A DNA stretch of 64,000 bases from Candidatus Hodarchaeaceae archaeon (GCA_030018135.1 JASEGJ010000003.1:27083-91082); one strand, 5' to 3'. Positions 47,676 to 57,466 are shown, numbered from the stretch's first letter. Numbers and translations: made by a program. Notes: generated by a model from the letters alone, not told the origin.

Positions 47676-47906
47676 ATTTTTCCGCTGAAGCGGAAAACCG
47701 ATGTTTTCTTTAAAGCGCCGAATATCGCATTGGCGCGTGATTAGAAGCTTCCACCGCGCGGTAACGCGTTTTGAGGTTATGTACCTCTTTCTCACCCCTA
47801 AATATCGCGCCATCTTCATCGGCCTCTCCCCAATTGCGGTTCTGATCTGAGGTATTCGCCATCTTCTTGATCCTTTGATGTTCGATACGCTTATCGAATA
47901 GTTCAT
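47676..47906 (-). pseudogene. Possible LAGLIDADG-like endonuclease relic
   Basis: WKLLITRQCDIRRFKENIGFPLQRK resembles the C-terminal segment of archaeal LAGLIDADG domains; no intact ORF. Confidence 0.35.
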
Positions 47907-47967
47907 CGATGGCTCTTATCAGTTTGTAACTTTCCTTTCGCTTCAAGAACATCCTCTCGCCCTGCGC

Positions 47968-48249
47968 TCAAGGCTCCCCTCGCCCAGACTTGGCCACGAA
48001 AAGCCCGCAGTGGCACCTTCCCATGCTCCTGATCTCCTCCTTGTGGTAAACGCATGGGCAGATGATCCTAGCGTCCTGCTTCTTATCGCCGGTGACAACC
48101 CTGCAGGGGCAGTACCTGTAGCCGAACTTCTCCTCGTTCTTTAGCAGCCCCTGTATGACGAAGTCCACGATCTTTTCGTCCGGGTTTATCTCGAACCCCT
48201 GCGACTCGGCGTACTTTCTCAACGCGCTCAAGAGCTGCTCCGCGTTCAT
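47968..48249 (-). CDS. Ferredoxin-thioredoxin reductase catalytic subunit
   Basis: YCPCR, ICPC, CHCGLF. Confidence 0.9.
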   Translation of the reverse strand: MNAEQLLSALRKYAESQGFEINPDEKIVDFVIQGLLKNEEKFGYRYCPCRVVTGDKKQDARIICPCVYHKEEIRSMGRCHCGLFVAKSGRGEP

Positions 48250-48345
48250 CCCGCCACCAACTTGATTCGGCGAGCGAACATAAAACCTTTCAAGCCGCGC
48301 CCCGAGCATTTTTTAGGCGGGCGACTCTAGAGAGCTGGGGTTTGG

Positions 48346-50172
48346 GTGTTTGGCTACAAGGGCAAGCTGTTGCGCGTCGATCTAACGGAGGGCTCGCTCG
48401 AGGAGCGCCCCACGTCCGAGCAGCTCGCCCGCGCCTTCCTGGGCGGCCGCGGCTTGGGGGCGGCGCTGCTGTACAAGGAGCTGGAGCGAGGCGTCGACCC
48501 CCTCTCCCCGAAAAATGTCTTGATATTCATGACCGGCCCGGCAGTCGGCACGCCGCTGCCAGCCTGCCCCCGCTGGGAGGTCGTCACCAAATCTCCGCTC
48601 ACGAGCATGTATTGCTGCGGCTCGGTCGGCGGGTTCTTCGGCGCGGAGCTGAAGTTCGCTGGCTACGACGGGATAATCGTGCGGGGCAAGGCGGCCAACC
48701 CCACCTACTTGGCGATAATCGACGGCAGGGCCGAGCTGCGCGATGCGGGCAAACTCTGGGGGATGAACACCGACGAGGTCGAGGCGGCGCTCCGCAAGGA
48801 ACTCAAGGACAGCCGCGCGCGCGTCGCAAGCATCGGCCCGGCGGGCGAGAACTTGGTCAAGATCGCGAGCATTCAGGCGGACCTCCGGTCGGCGGGACGC
48901 GGAGGCCCTGGCGCGGTGATGGGGTCGAAGCTGCTCAAGGCGATCGCCGTCAGGGGGCATGAAAGGATAGAGGTGGCCGACGAGGACGGACTGATGGCGC
49001 TCACCCGCGAGCTTGTTTCGAGCATGAAGGAGAGCCGGGCGGTTCAGAACTTCTCCAGGTGGGGAACGCCGCAGTTCGTCGACCCGGTCAACGAGGGAGG
49101 CCTCTGGCCGACCAGGAACTTTCGGGAGGGCTCCTTCGAGGGGGCGAGGCGCTTGAACGCCGAGAGCATGCGCGAGCGCCTGGTGAAGCGCGACACCGCC
49201 TGCTATGCGTGCCCCATAGCGTGCGGCAAGCTGAGCGTGGTCGGCGATGGCCCATACGCGGGCGTCGTGGTCGAGGGCCCGGATTACGAGACGCTCTGGG
49301 CCTTCGGCGCGCAGTGCGGCGTGGATCGCCTCGATGCGATCGCCGCGGCGAACCTGTGGTGCGACCGCTATGGCATCGATACGATTTCCGCGGGCAACGC
49401 GATCGGCTTCGCCATGGAGTGCTTCGAGCACGGCCTGCTGACCTCGAGCGACACGGGCGGGCTGGATCTGAAGTTCGGCAATCACGAGGTCTTCGTCGAA
49501 CTCCTGCGCAGGATCGCGTTTCGGGAGGGCATTGGCGACCTGCTCGCGGAGGGTGTCCGCGCGGCGGCTGAACGGATGGGGAGGGGCGCGGAGAAATTCG
49601 CTATGCACGTAAAGGGCCTGGAGCTGCCGGCGTACGACCCGAGGGGCGCGTGGGGCATGGCCTTGGCGTATGCCACGGCATGTCGCGGCGGCTGTCATCT
49701 CAAGGCCTGGACCCTCGCGGCGGAGGTGTTCGAGGCGAGGTACGACCGCTTCTCGAGCGAGGGAAAGGCGAAGCTGGTGTTCGACCTCCAGAACATACGC
49801 GCCGCGGTGGATTCGATAGGCGTGTGCGTCATAGGCAGCCGCGCGATGGGCGTGCGGGAGATGGCGAGGGTGATGACGGTCACGACCGGCTGGAGCTTTA
49901 AAGCCGACGACATAACCAAGGCGGGCGAGCGGATCTACAACCTCGAGCGCCTGCTAGCCGTGCGGGACGGCATCTCGCGCGAGGACGACACCCTGCCGCC
50001 GAGGCTGTTGAACGAGACCCTGCCCCATGGCCCGTGCAAGGGCATCGCGCTCCGAGGGGAGGACCTCGATCGCATGCTCGATGAGTACTACGCGCTGCGC
50101 GGGTGGGATCGCCGCGGCAGGCCAAAAAAAGATAAGATAGAAGAACTCGGGATAACCAAGTTGCTGGGGTAG
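48346..50172 (+). CDS. aor: Tungsten-family aldehyde:ferredoxin oxidoreductase (second paralog)
   Basis: LLRVDLT, KSPLT, ELKFAGYD, GAVMGSKLLKA, CYACPIAC, GPDYET, IDTIS, YDPRG, RGGCHL. Confidence 0.93.
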   Translation: MFGYKGKLLRVDLTEGSLEERPTSEQLARAFLGGRGLGAALLYKELERGVDPLSPKNVLIFMTGPAVGTPLPACPRWEVVTKSPLTSMYCCGSVGGFFGAELKFAGYDGIIVRGKAANPTYLAIIDGRAELRDAGKLWGMNTDEVEAALRKELKDSRARVASIGPAGENLVKIASIQADLRSAGRGGPGAVMGSKLLKAIAVRGHERIEVADEDGLMALTRELVSSMKESRAVQNFSRWGTPQFVDPVNEGGLWPTRNFREGSFEGARRLNAESMRERLVKRDTACYACPIACGKLSVVGDGPYAGVVVEGPDYETLWAFGAQCGVDRLDAIAAANLWCDRYGIDTISAGNAIGFAMECFEHGLLTSSDTGGLDLKFGNHEVFVELLRRIAFREGIGDLLAEGVRAAAERMGRGAEKFAMHVKGLELPAYDPRGAWGMALAYATACRGGCHLKAWTLAAEVFEARYDRFSSEGKAKLVFDLQNIRAAVDSIGVCVIGSRAMGVREMARVMTVTTGWSFKADDITKAGERIYNLERLLAVRDGISREDDTLPPRLLNETLPHGPCKGIALRGEDLDRMLDEYYALRGWDRRGRPKKDKIEELGITKLLG

Positions 50173-50176
50173 TGAC

Positions 50177-51535
50177 ATGCGCGACAAGAGGCTCTTCGGC
50201 ACGAGGGGCATCAGGGGGCCGATAGCCACGAAGGTCACGCCCGAGCTGATGCTGAAGCTTGGGCTGGCCCTGGCGACCCATGTCGGGGAGGGGGAAATAG
50301 TGGTGGGGCGCGACACCCGCACATCGGGCGAGATGTTGCAGCACGCGTTCATGGCAGGGGTGCTGGCGGGCGGCTGCGATGTCGTGGACATAGGTCTGGC
50401 TCCCTCGCCGTGCGTCGCGTTCACGACCAAGGAGCTAGGCGCCAAGGCTGGGGCGATCATAACCGCCTCGCACAATCCCCCGCCGGACAACGGCGTCGCT
50501 TTCTACGGCGCGGACGGCATGGAGTACCTGCCGAGCCAGGAGCTCGACATCGAGGACCTGGTGTTGAACGAGAAGCTCAAGCTCGCCGGCTGGGACTCTC
50601 TGGGGAGGGTGCGGAGCTACCCTCGCGCGACCTCGCGCTATATCGAAGCCATCAAGAGGGCGGTCAAGGTCAAGCGCGGCTTCAAGGTCGTCGTCGACTG
50701 CGCCAACGGCTCCGGCTCGGTGGTCACGCCCTACCTGCTCCGCGAGCTGGGCTGCAAGGTCATGACGCTCAACTCCCATCCAGATGGCCATTTCCCCGGG
50801 CGGGCGGTGGAGCCGCAGCCCTGGAACCTCGGCGACCTGATGAACACGGTGCGCGAGGTCGGAGCCGATGCCGGCTTTGCGCACGACGGCGACGCGGACC
50901 GCTTCGCGGCCGTCGATGAAAACGGCAAGTTCATAAAGCACGATGCCCTCATCGCGTTGTTCGCGAGGCTGGCGGTCGGGGCCGAGAAGGGGGGAAAGGT
51001 GGTCACGAGCATCAACACCTCCGTCGCGATAGAGGAGGTCGTCGCGGAGGCGGGCGGCCGCACGATCCGAACCGCGCTCGGCGACATACACGCGGCGATG
51101 CTCGAGCACGGCGCGATATTTGCGGGGGAGCCGGGCAAGATCATCTTCCCGGAGTTCGGCAGGTGGATAGACGGCGTGTACGGCGTCGCGAAGATGTTGG
51201 AGCTGATGTCGCTGGAGGGGAAGCCGCTCTCGAGGATCGTCGCGAGCGTGCCGGACTACCCCATGTACCACGAGGACTTTTCATGCCCCGACGAGCGCAA
51301 GGCCGGCTTCATGGAGAACATCCGCAAGTACATGCTCGAGGAGGTGGACGGGATACGCGATATCCTGGACATCGATGGCCTGCGCGTCAACCGCAAGGAT
51401 GGAAGCTGGTTGCTCATCCGGGTGTCGGGGACCGAGCCAAAGGCCAGGATGGTACTCGAGGGCAGGACGCGGGCCGGGGCCGAGAGGCTCAGGGATATCG
51501 GCCTCAGGGGCATCAAAAAGTTCTTGAAGCAATGA
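50177..51535 (+). CDS. glmM: Phosphohexomutase (phosphoglucosamine mutase/PMM-PGM)
   Basis: LFGTRGIRG, GRDTR, ITASHNP, HDGDADR, RVSGTEP. Confidence 0.88.
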   Translation: MRDKRLFGTRGIRGPIATKVTPELMLKLGLALATHVGEGEIVVGRDTRTSGEMLQHAFMAGVLAGGCDVVDIGLAPSPCVAFTTKELGAKAGAIITASHNPPPDNGVAFYGADGMEYLPSQELDIEDLVLNEKLKLAGWDSLGRVRSYPRATSRYIEAIKRAVKVKRGFKVVVDCANGSGSVVTPYLLRELGCKVMTLNSHPDGHFPGRAVEPQPWNLGDLMNTVREVGADAGFAHDGDADRFAAVDENGKFIKHDALIALFARLAVGAEKGGKVVTSINTSVAIEEVVAEAGGRTIRTALGDIHAAMLEHGAIFAGEPGKIIFPEFGRWIDGVYGVAKMLELMSLEGKPLSRIVASVPDYPMYHEDFSCPDERKAGFMENIRKYMLEEVDGIRDILDIDGLRVNRKDGSWLLIRVSGTEPKARMVLEGRTRAGAERLRDIGLRGIKKFLKQ

Positions 51536-51581
51536 TTTTCCGGCTGATTTTTGATGAGGTGCACGTATTTCAACTGGCGCT

Positions 51582-51601
51582 GATGTCACAGCTGTGACAT
51601 C
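51582..51601. repeat. Perfect 20-bp palindrome
   Basis: GATGTCACAGCTGTGACATC is its own reverse complement. Confidence 0.9.
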
Positions 51602-51725
51602 GTCGACGTTAAGGTACGCAGCCCAGTTTTCGATTCGGTACTGTCAAAGGTTGACGTGCCCCCTCCGCTCCGGCAACCGCCCCCATGGATTTCATGTCAA
51701 GCCCGAGATCACCTGAGTGCGCGTC

Positions 51726-51759
51726 CCTAAAAATTTAAGTGAAAGCCCAAACCCAAACC
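51726..51759. repeat. Left end: 14-bp direct repeat + 15-bp inverted repeat
   Basis: CCTAAAAATTTAAG-TGAAA-GCCCAAACCCAAACC. Confidence 0.85.
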
Positions 51760-51784
51760 CCTTGGGGTGGTAGGGTATCCCATG

Positions 51785-51810
51785 AATGATAAAATGATAA
51801 AATGATAAAA
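51785..51810. repeat. Tandem 8-bp repeat (AATGATAA)x3
   Basis: AATGATAAAATGATAAAATGATAAAA. Confidence 0.85.
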
Positions 51811-51903
51811 CTAACTCTTATGGCCGTACTTCTTCAACAATACTGCAATAGACCCCACGATCAATATCACAATCATCCGGACGCCAAATTCCTCGGGTGT
51901 CAA
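51811..51903 (-). CDS. Putative 30-aa single-TM microprotein
   Basis: TTG start; MTPEEFGVRMIVILIVGSIAVLLKKYGHKS*; purine-rich AGGGA upstream. Confidence 0.4.
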   Translation of the reverse strand: MTPEEFGVRMIVILIVGSIAVLLKKYGHKS

Positions 51904-51948
51904 GATTTTCCCTACTTTTATTGAAGTTCACTATAACCAAGGCGCAAC

Positions 51949-52035
51949 TTACTTCTTTATCTTTTTCCCGCAACTCGGGCAGAACGCCGCACCCGGAACG
52001 AGTTGAACGCCGCAGAACGGACAGTAACCCTTCCC
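51949..52035 (-). pseudogene. Zinc-ribbon domain C-terminal remnant
   Basis: GKGYCPFCGVQLVPGAAFCPSCGKKIKK* with no in-frame start nearby. Confidence 0.55.
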
Positions 52036-52072
52036 TGTCTGTACACATAAATTAATAATCGATAGAACCTCG

Positions 52073-55000
52073 TTGTTATTGGGAGAAATGCAAATGGAGC
52101 GCGAGGCCAAACTTCAAGACGATCTTAAAAACCTAATCGAAACGGTGACAAAAGAGCGCAGGTTTCACGGGGTTGAGATAACCCACGTTGAGTGGAATTA
52201 CCCCGTAGATGGCAGGGAGGCGGACCTCGTGATCTTCATGCGGGGCGAAATTCCCTTCATGTTTATCGAAACCAAGCGAAAAGTTGGCAGGGGCGCCCTA
52301 TTTGATCCCTTGGATGCTTCGGTTGTCGGCCAGGTGATGAGTTACGCCGCGCTCTGGAAACGTTCACATCCGGAGCACGAAATCCCGTTTGTCGCCACGG
52401 CAAATCCTGAATCCATCGCGATTTTCAAAGTCCCCAAAAATATCGAGGAGTACATCGACCGAACCGCCTTGATGAAAAGGGACTACAGGGGCGCCATCAA
52501 GCGGAAGTACCTTTCCATAATCGAGAACCAGATGGTGGGCAAACTCCAGAGACTTTCGTTAACAAGGGAATTTATCGACTATTTGCTCGACAGGCTTGCC
52601 GAAGAATACGCCGGGAAAAGGATAACCAAGCCCGAGCCAAGCGAGGCCATGATAGAGAGGTTCAGGGGATTTGTCAAAACCGTGGCTGATAAGTGCCTAC
52701 CCCTTCTGGAATCGAAGTTAAAAGAAGATGGAATTTTCAGGGGAGAGATAGAAAAACTTGGATACAAGGCGGAGCCCGATGTCCTACCTCAAACCGCGAG
52801 AAATCTGGCGCGTATGATGGCATACGTGCTCATGAACAAACTCATTTTTCGTAAAGTGCTGGAAAAAGTTACAGGTTGCCTCCGATGGTTTTGCTCGATT
52901 CGTCCTCGCTGGTTAGGTTCAGGGAGGATTTGAAGCGTAATTTCGACGGGGCCGTTGAGGTAACCCAAGATTTCGAGCCCATCTTCCGTACTGGAGTGTA
53001 CGATCAAATTCCAATCCCAGATGATCCGGGGCTGATGGAGTACATCAACGACTTCATCTATGACCTCGAAAGCGTCGATGTTGTCAAAATCGGGGACCAG
53101 ATAGGGTACATGTACGAGGTGCTCATCCCGCCCGAGGAGAGGCACCAACTCGGTCAGTTCTATACGCCGCCGTGGGTTTGCGAACTCATAACTCGCTGGT
53201 GTATCAGAAGCCCGGAGGATGTGGTTTTGGACCCGGGCGTCGGCAGCGGGGGCTTTCTCCTGCAGGCTTACAAAAGGCTTCAGGAGAAGAAGATCGGCCC
53301 CAGCGTGATTTCGGTTGTGCGTTCAGAAATTCATGAGAGGATTTTGAGCCAACTTTACGCTCTGGACCTAAACCCGTTCCCGTCCCATCTTTCTGCCATG
53401 GGGGTCTCTATCAAGAACATCAAGGTCCCATCCACGAAATTGAACGTGCTGGTGTCAGACTTCTTCGCACTGCAACCAGGACAAAAAGTTTTGAGCCCAC
53501 AAGGTGAAGACGATTGTTCGGGAGGAAGAGCGCGAGATCGTTATGCCGAAATTCGATGTTGTGGTCGGGAATCCACCGTACACGAGGTGGACCGAGATCC
53601 ACGATGAGACGCAGGGGTTGATCAGAAAACGCCTAGGAAATCTAATGAGGAGGTACGGATTAACCCCACAAGTTTCTCGCGGGGTAGAGCCCGGCATCTA
53701 CACCTACTGGATAATGCACGCCACCGACTTCCTGAAAGAGGACGGAAGGCTGGGGATGATAATCTCGAACACATGGCTCCAGACGGACTATGGGATCGGT
53801 TTTGGGAGCTTTCTTCTGGACAACTTCAGGATAAAGGCGATAATAGACACGGCTCTCAAACTTTTCAAGGATGCCCTGGTGACAACGTGTATAGTGCTCG
53901 CTGAAAGGGAGTCAGACGAGGCAAAGAGATTGGAGAATGAAGTTGTTTTTATCCACATCCCGGGCGAGGTCAAAAGCGCGGATGTGGGCAGGCTTTTGAG
54001 AGCCGTTGAAACTGGAAGTTCAGATGATTATACCGTAACGGTGGTGAAACAGAAAGAATTGCCTAGGGACCGAAAATGGATAGACATTTTCTTCAAGACC
54101 GTGGATATTTCAAAACACCCACTTATGACAAAACTCGGCGAACTTTTCGAGCCGCTGAGAGGAAACACAGTTTGGGCTGAATGGTCTATCTCTCACGGGA
54201 GAAGACCAGACCCCGGTAGTAGCGACTTCACTTATTTGTCGCCATCAAAAATTAAAGAGTTTAACCTCGATAAGTGGGCTTACCCAAATGTCCCGTTAAA
54301 GGATGCCTTGGTTTACCCTGCCATAACCAGCGCTAGGCAGACGAACTACTTTACATTCACCGAGGAGGACTGGGAGGAGATGCGCGGATCCGACGATAGG
54401 TGTTACATGTTCGTGTGCCATGTGCCTAGGAAAAAGCTCCCCAAGGAGATGGCGGACTACGTCAAGTGGGGCGAGACCGAGTGCATGACGAGAATAAGGG
54501 GAACTAGGAAAGGTGGGAGGCTGGCAAGCGAGACAGAGGCGGCAAAAACTAGGGCAAATGAGCCAAAGCGATTTCACGGCTGGTACGATTTGGGCGGAGT
54601 AATCCCAGCACCCATATTCGCCATCCGCCAAGCATGGTATAAGACTAGGTTTACGTGGTGCAGGTTTCCAGTAACTATGTATGACGCACTAATAGCCCTT
54701 GCACCCAAAAAGAGTGTTTCTCTCGATGAGGCCCAGACTAAGGCACTTCTAGCTTATCTCAATTCAAGCTTTGCACAGGCTTACATCGAAACTGATGGCA
54801 GGAAAAGTCCTGGGGGGATAATAGGCTTCGAGGTGAACATAGCCAGAGAGATGCCCGTTCTAGATGTAAGGAAATTGAACAATAAACAACTGAACTCGCT
54901 GGCCAAGCTTTTCGACAAGCTGGAGCACGAGGCGAGGAAAATCGGTGGCGCTTCTCGCAGAGAGGAGATCGAGAAGCTTAAGCCAAAGATATACGAGATC

Positions 55001-55114
55001 GACCGCGCCGTGGCCTCGCTCTTGAGCATCAAGGATGAAGATGTCAAAAATGTGCAGGCCCAGGTAGATTTGATGGTAGAGAGGAGGGTCAGTGTGGCGA
55101 AGAAGGCCCGCTAA
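52073..55114 (+). pseudogene. Type IIG-like fused restriction endonuclease-m6A methyltransferase-TRD, split by two frameshifts
   Basis: ADLVIF..FIETK (PD-(D/E)xK) in 52073-52933; QLGQFYTP and DPGVGSGGFL in 52876-53607; VVGNPPY and TRD (LAYLNSS) in 53504-55114. Confidence 0.85.
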
Positions 55115-55193
55115 CACAATATGTATGTATATATACCCTTATCCTATGCTAGCTTTGTCAGTAAAGACGCTACATAAGCAAATAGCCCATTCT

Positions 55194-55221
55194 GGTTTGG
55201 GTTTGGGCCTAAAAATTTAAG
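55194..55221. repeat. Right end: 15-bp inverted repeat + 14-bp direct repeat
   Basis: GGTTTGGGTTTGGG-CCTAAAAATTTAAG. Confidence 0.85.
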
Positions 55222-55358
55222 GCACCGACCAAGTTCCAACTTTGCCGCATATGGATAAGTTCGTCGCGATGCATATACGTCGCACCGCGTCCTTGGATGG
55301 ATTCCTCCATGAAGCCGTTATATTTTTATTGGACAATCAACAGTTATTGGGCGATCGA

Positions 55359-56504
55359 ATGGAAGTGGGAATCGTCTCCTACGGACATACAAAATTTGGC
55401 GTGTTGGAGGAGGATACCCCGGATCTCATCAAGAAGGCCATAGAAGGTTGTTTGAATAACGTTGAGAAGGGCATTTCTCCCAAAGAGATAGAATGCATTA
55501 TCGTGAGCTGCGTCGACAACGCCTTTTCCGAGCAGCATCAAACTGGGACGTTGGCGTGGGAATACTTGGGAAACCCAGACGCTTACGGCTTCAAGGTTGA
55601 ATCGGCCTGCGTGAGCGGGAGCATGGCAATATATCAAGGCAGGAAGATGATCGAGGCGGGGATGGCGAAGAACGTTCTCATCGTCGGTTTTGAAAAGATG
55701 AACAAGTTTCCCACAGATAAGGTCACGGAGATTTTGACCCACGGATCCTCCCCCGAGGAGAGGAGGTACGGCATAACCCAGCCCGGTGCTTACGCCTTGC
55801 TGATAAGGCTGTACGCCCAGAAGTATGATGTCACTGAGAGGGACTGGGCGGAGATATCGGTGAAGAACCACAAAAACGCGCTCAGAAACCCGTGGGCCCA
55901 CCTCCAAAAGGACATCACGGTCGAGCAGGTGATGAACTCGAGGATGATAGCCGATCCGATCAGGTTGTTCCATTGCTCCACGATCAGCGACGGTGCGGCC
56001 TCCATTTTGCTGAGCGCGGATCCGAGGAAGTACACCGACACGCCTGTCTTTATCAAGGGGATGGGCGTGGCCCACGATTACATGTCGGTGATCGATAGGG
56101 AGGACCCGACGGTGTTGCTCTGCTCGAAAAGGGCCGCTGATCAGGCCTACAAAGAAGCGGGAAAGACCCCAAAGGACATAAGCCTCGCGGAGGTCCACGA
56201 CGCCTTTACTCCTGTCGAGCCCATGTGTTATGAAGCCGTAGGTTTTGCCGAGAAGGGTGAAGGCTCCAAGTTGGTCAGGGAGGGGGTGGTCATGTTCGAC
56301 GGATCCCTCCCGGTGAACGTGAGCGGTGGACTCAAGGCCAAAGGACACCCCGTGGGCGCCACACATGTGGGAACCATGGTGGAGATGTTCCTGCAACTCA
56401 GGGGAGAGGCCGATAAGAGGCAGGTTCCGGATGCAGAAACCGCCCTGATCGAGGGACACGGCGGAACCGGCTCCGTCGCGGTGGTCTCGATATTGGGGAG
56501 ATGA
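55359..56504 (+). CDS. Archaeal-type acetyl-CoA acetyltransferase (thiolase)
   Basis: VESACVSG, VKNHKNA, CSTISDGA, AEVHDAF, VNVSGGLKAKGHPVGAT; ATG 55359. Confidence 0.92.
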   Translation: MEVGIVSYGHTKFGVLEEDTPDLIKKAIEGCLNNVEKGISPKEIECIIVSCVDNAFSEQHQTGTLAWEYLGNPDAYGFKVESACVSGSMAIYQGRKMIEAGMAKNVLIVGFEKMNKFPTDKVTEILTHGSSPEERRYGITQPGAYALLIRLYAQKYDVTERDWAEISVKNHKNALRNPWAHLQKDITVEQVMNSRMIADPIRLFHCSTISDGAASILLSADPRKYTDTPVFIKGMGVAHDYMSVIDREDPTVLLCSKRAADQAYKEAGKTPKDISLAEVHDAFTPVEPMCYEAVGFAEKGEGSKLVREGVVMFDGSLPVNVSGGLKAKGHPVGATHVGTMVEMFLQLRGEADKRQVPDAETALIEGHGGTGSVAVVSILGR

Positions 56505-57466
56505 AAATGAAGGCAAAATTGATTAGTTACACGGATGTGGCCGTTCCCACGCCACCTTATAGGACATCAACGAAGTCCGGGATTGTCGAGGACGAGGAAG
56601 GAAAGCGTTTGTTGGTCAGAATAGAGGATGAGTACTATCCTATTTTGAAGATAGGGATGGAGGGCGAAGTCGAGGAGAGGAGGACCGACTTCGGGACCTT
56701 CAACTTCTTCATTCCGGCAGTCAAGAAGGAAGAAAAGAGAAAGGTTGCCATCGTCACTGGAGCCAGCAGGGGGATAGGAAAGGCGATCGCTTTTGAACTC
56801 GCCCGAAGCGGATTTGATGTCGTGATAAGCGATATCGAAAAAGCGGATGAGTGCGAAGAAAACATGAAAAGGATAAAAGAACTGGGCAGGGAATCGATTT
56901 TCGTTAAAGCCGATGTTTCGGATTTCAATCAGGTCGAGAATATGGTAAAGGAAACGGTCGAGAAATTCGGGCGCGTCGACGTTCTGATAAATAACGCCGG
57001 GCTAAATATCGACAAGCTGGTCACCACCATGACCCTTGAGCAATGGCAAAAAGTCATCGACGTGGACTTAAACGGAGTTTTCAATTGCACGAAGGCCATT
57101 CTTCCCTACATGATCCAGCAAGGCGGGGGCAGGATAGTGAACGTTAGCTCCATGAGCGCCCTCGATGGGGCAGTGGGGCAGGCGAATTACGCGGCCGCAA
57201 AGGGAGGGATTATCTCGTTTACGAAGGTGATAGCGAAGGAGTACGCGCAGTACAACATACTCTGCAACGCGATAGCACCAGGATTCATAAGGACCAGAAT
57301 GACCGATGCAATGCCGCCCGGTTTGTTCCGGGATAGATTGGCGCGAAATCCTCTCGGGAGGAGGGGAGAACCGGAGGAAGTCGCGAAGCTGGTAAGGTTT
57401 CTTGTCACCGAAGGGGATTACATAACCGGCCAAGTGATAGGCATAAACGCCGGGGAATATGTTTGA
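56501..57466 (+). CDS. fabG: Fusion: DUF35-type OB-fold + 3-oxoacyl/acetoacetyl-CoA reductase (FabG/PhaB-like SDR)
   Basis: N-terminal KLISYTDVAVP..GIVEDEEGKRLLVRI..LKIGMEGEV (OB_aCoA-like); then TGASRGIG, NNAG, NYAAAK, NAIAPGFI. Confidence 0.8.
   Translation: MKMKAKLISYTDVAVPTPPYRTSTKSGIVEDEEGKRLLVRIEDEYYPILKIGMEGEVEERRTDFGTFNFFIPAVKKEEKRKVAIVTGASRGIGKAIAFELARSGFDVVISDIEKADECEENMKRIKELGRESIFVKADVSDFNQVENMVKETVEKFGRVDVLINNAGLNIDKLVTTMTLEQWQKVIDVDLNGVFNCTKAILPYMIQQGGGRIVNVSSMSALDGAVGQANYAAAKGGIISFTKVIAKEYAQYNILCNAIAPGFIRTRMTDAMPPGLFRDRLARNPLGRRGEPEEVAKLVRFLVTEGDYITGQVIGINAGEYV

Larger units (their letters stand above)
51726..55221. mobile_element. Non-autonomous R-M cargo cassette bounded by direct and inverted repeats
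   Basis: DR CCTAAAAATTTAAG at 51726-51739 and 55208-55221; IR GCCCAAACCCAAACC (51745-51759) / GGTTTGGGTTTGGGC (55194-55208); no recombinase inside. Confidence 0.7.

Noticed and set aside
48337-48353. GGGGTTTGGGTGTTTGG as another cassette end
   Set aside because: Imperfect, coincides with the AOR SD/start codon, and has no partner repeat
48382-49698. 438-aa antisense ORF (likewise 55344-56516, 44492-45379, 42646-43518, 29640-30509)
   Set aside because: Shadow ORFs opposite well-supported genes, expected from GC-rich codon bias; no motifs
51545-51600. Possible C/D box sRNA (TGATGA...CTGA)
   Set aside because: 22-nt spacing is too long for an archaeal guide and there is no clear C'/D pair or terminal stem
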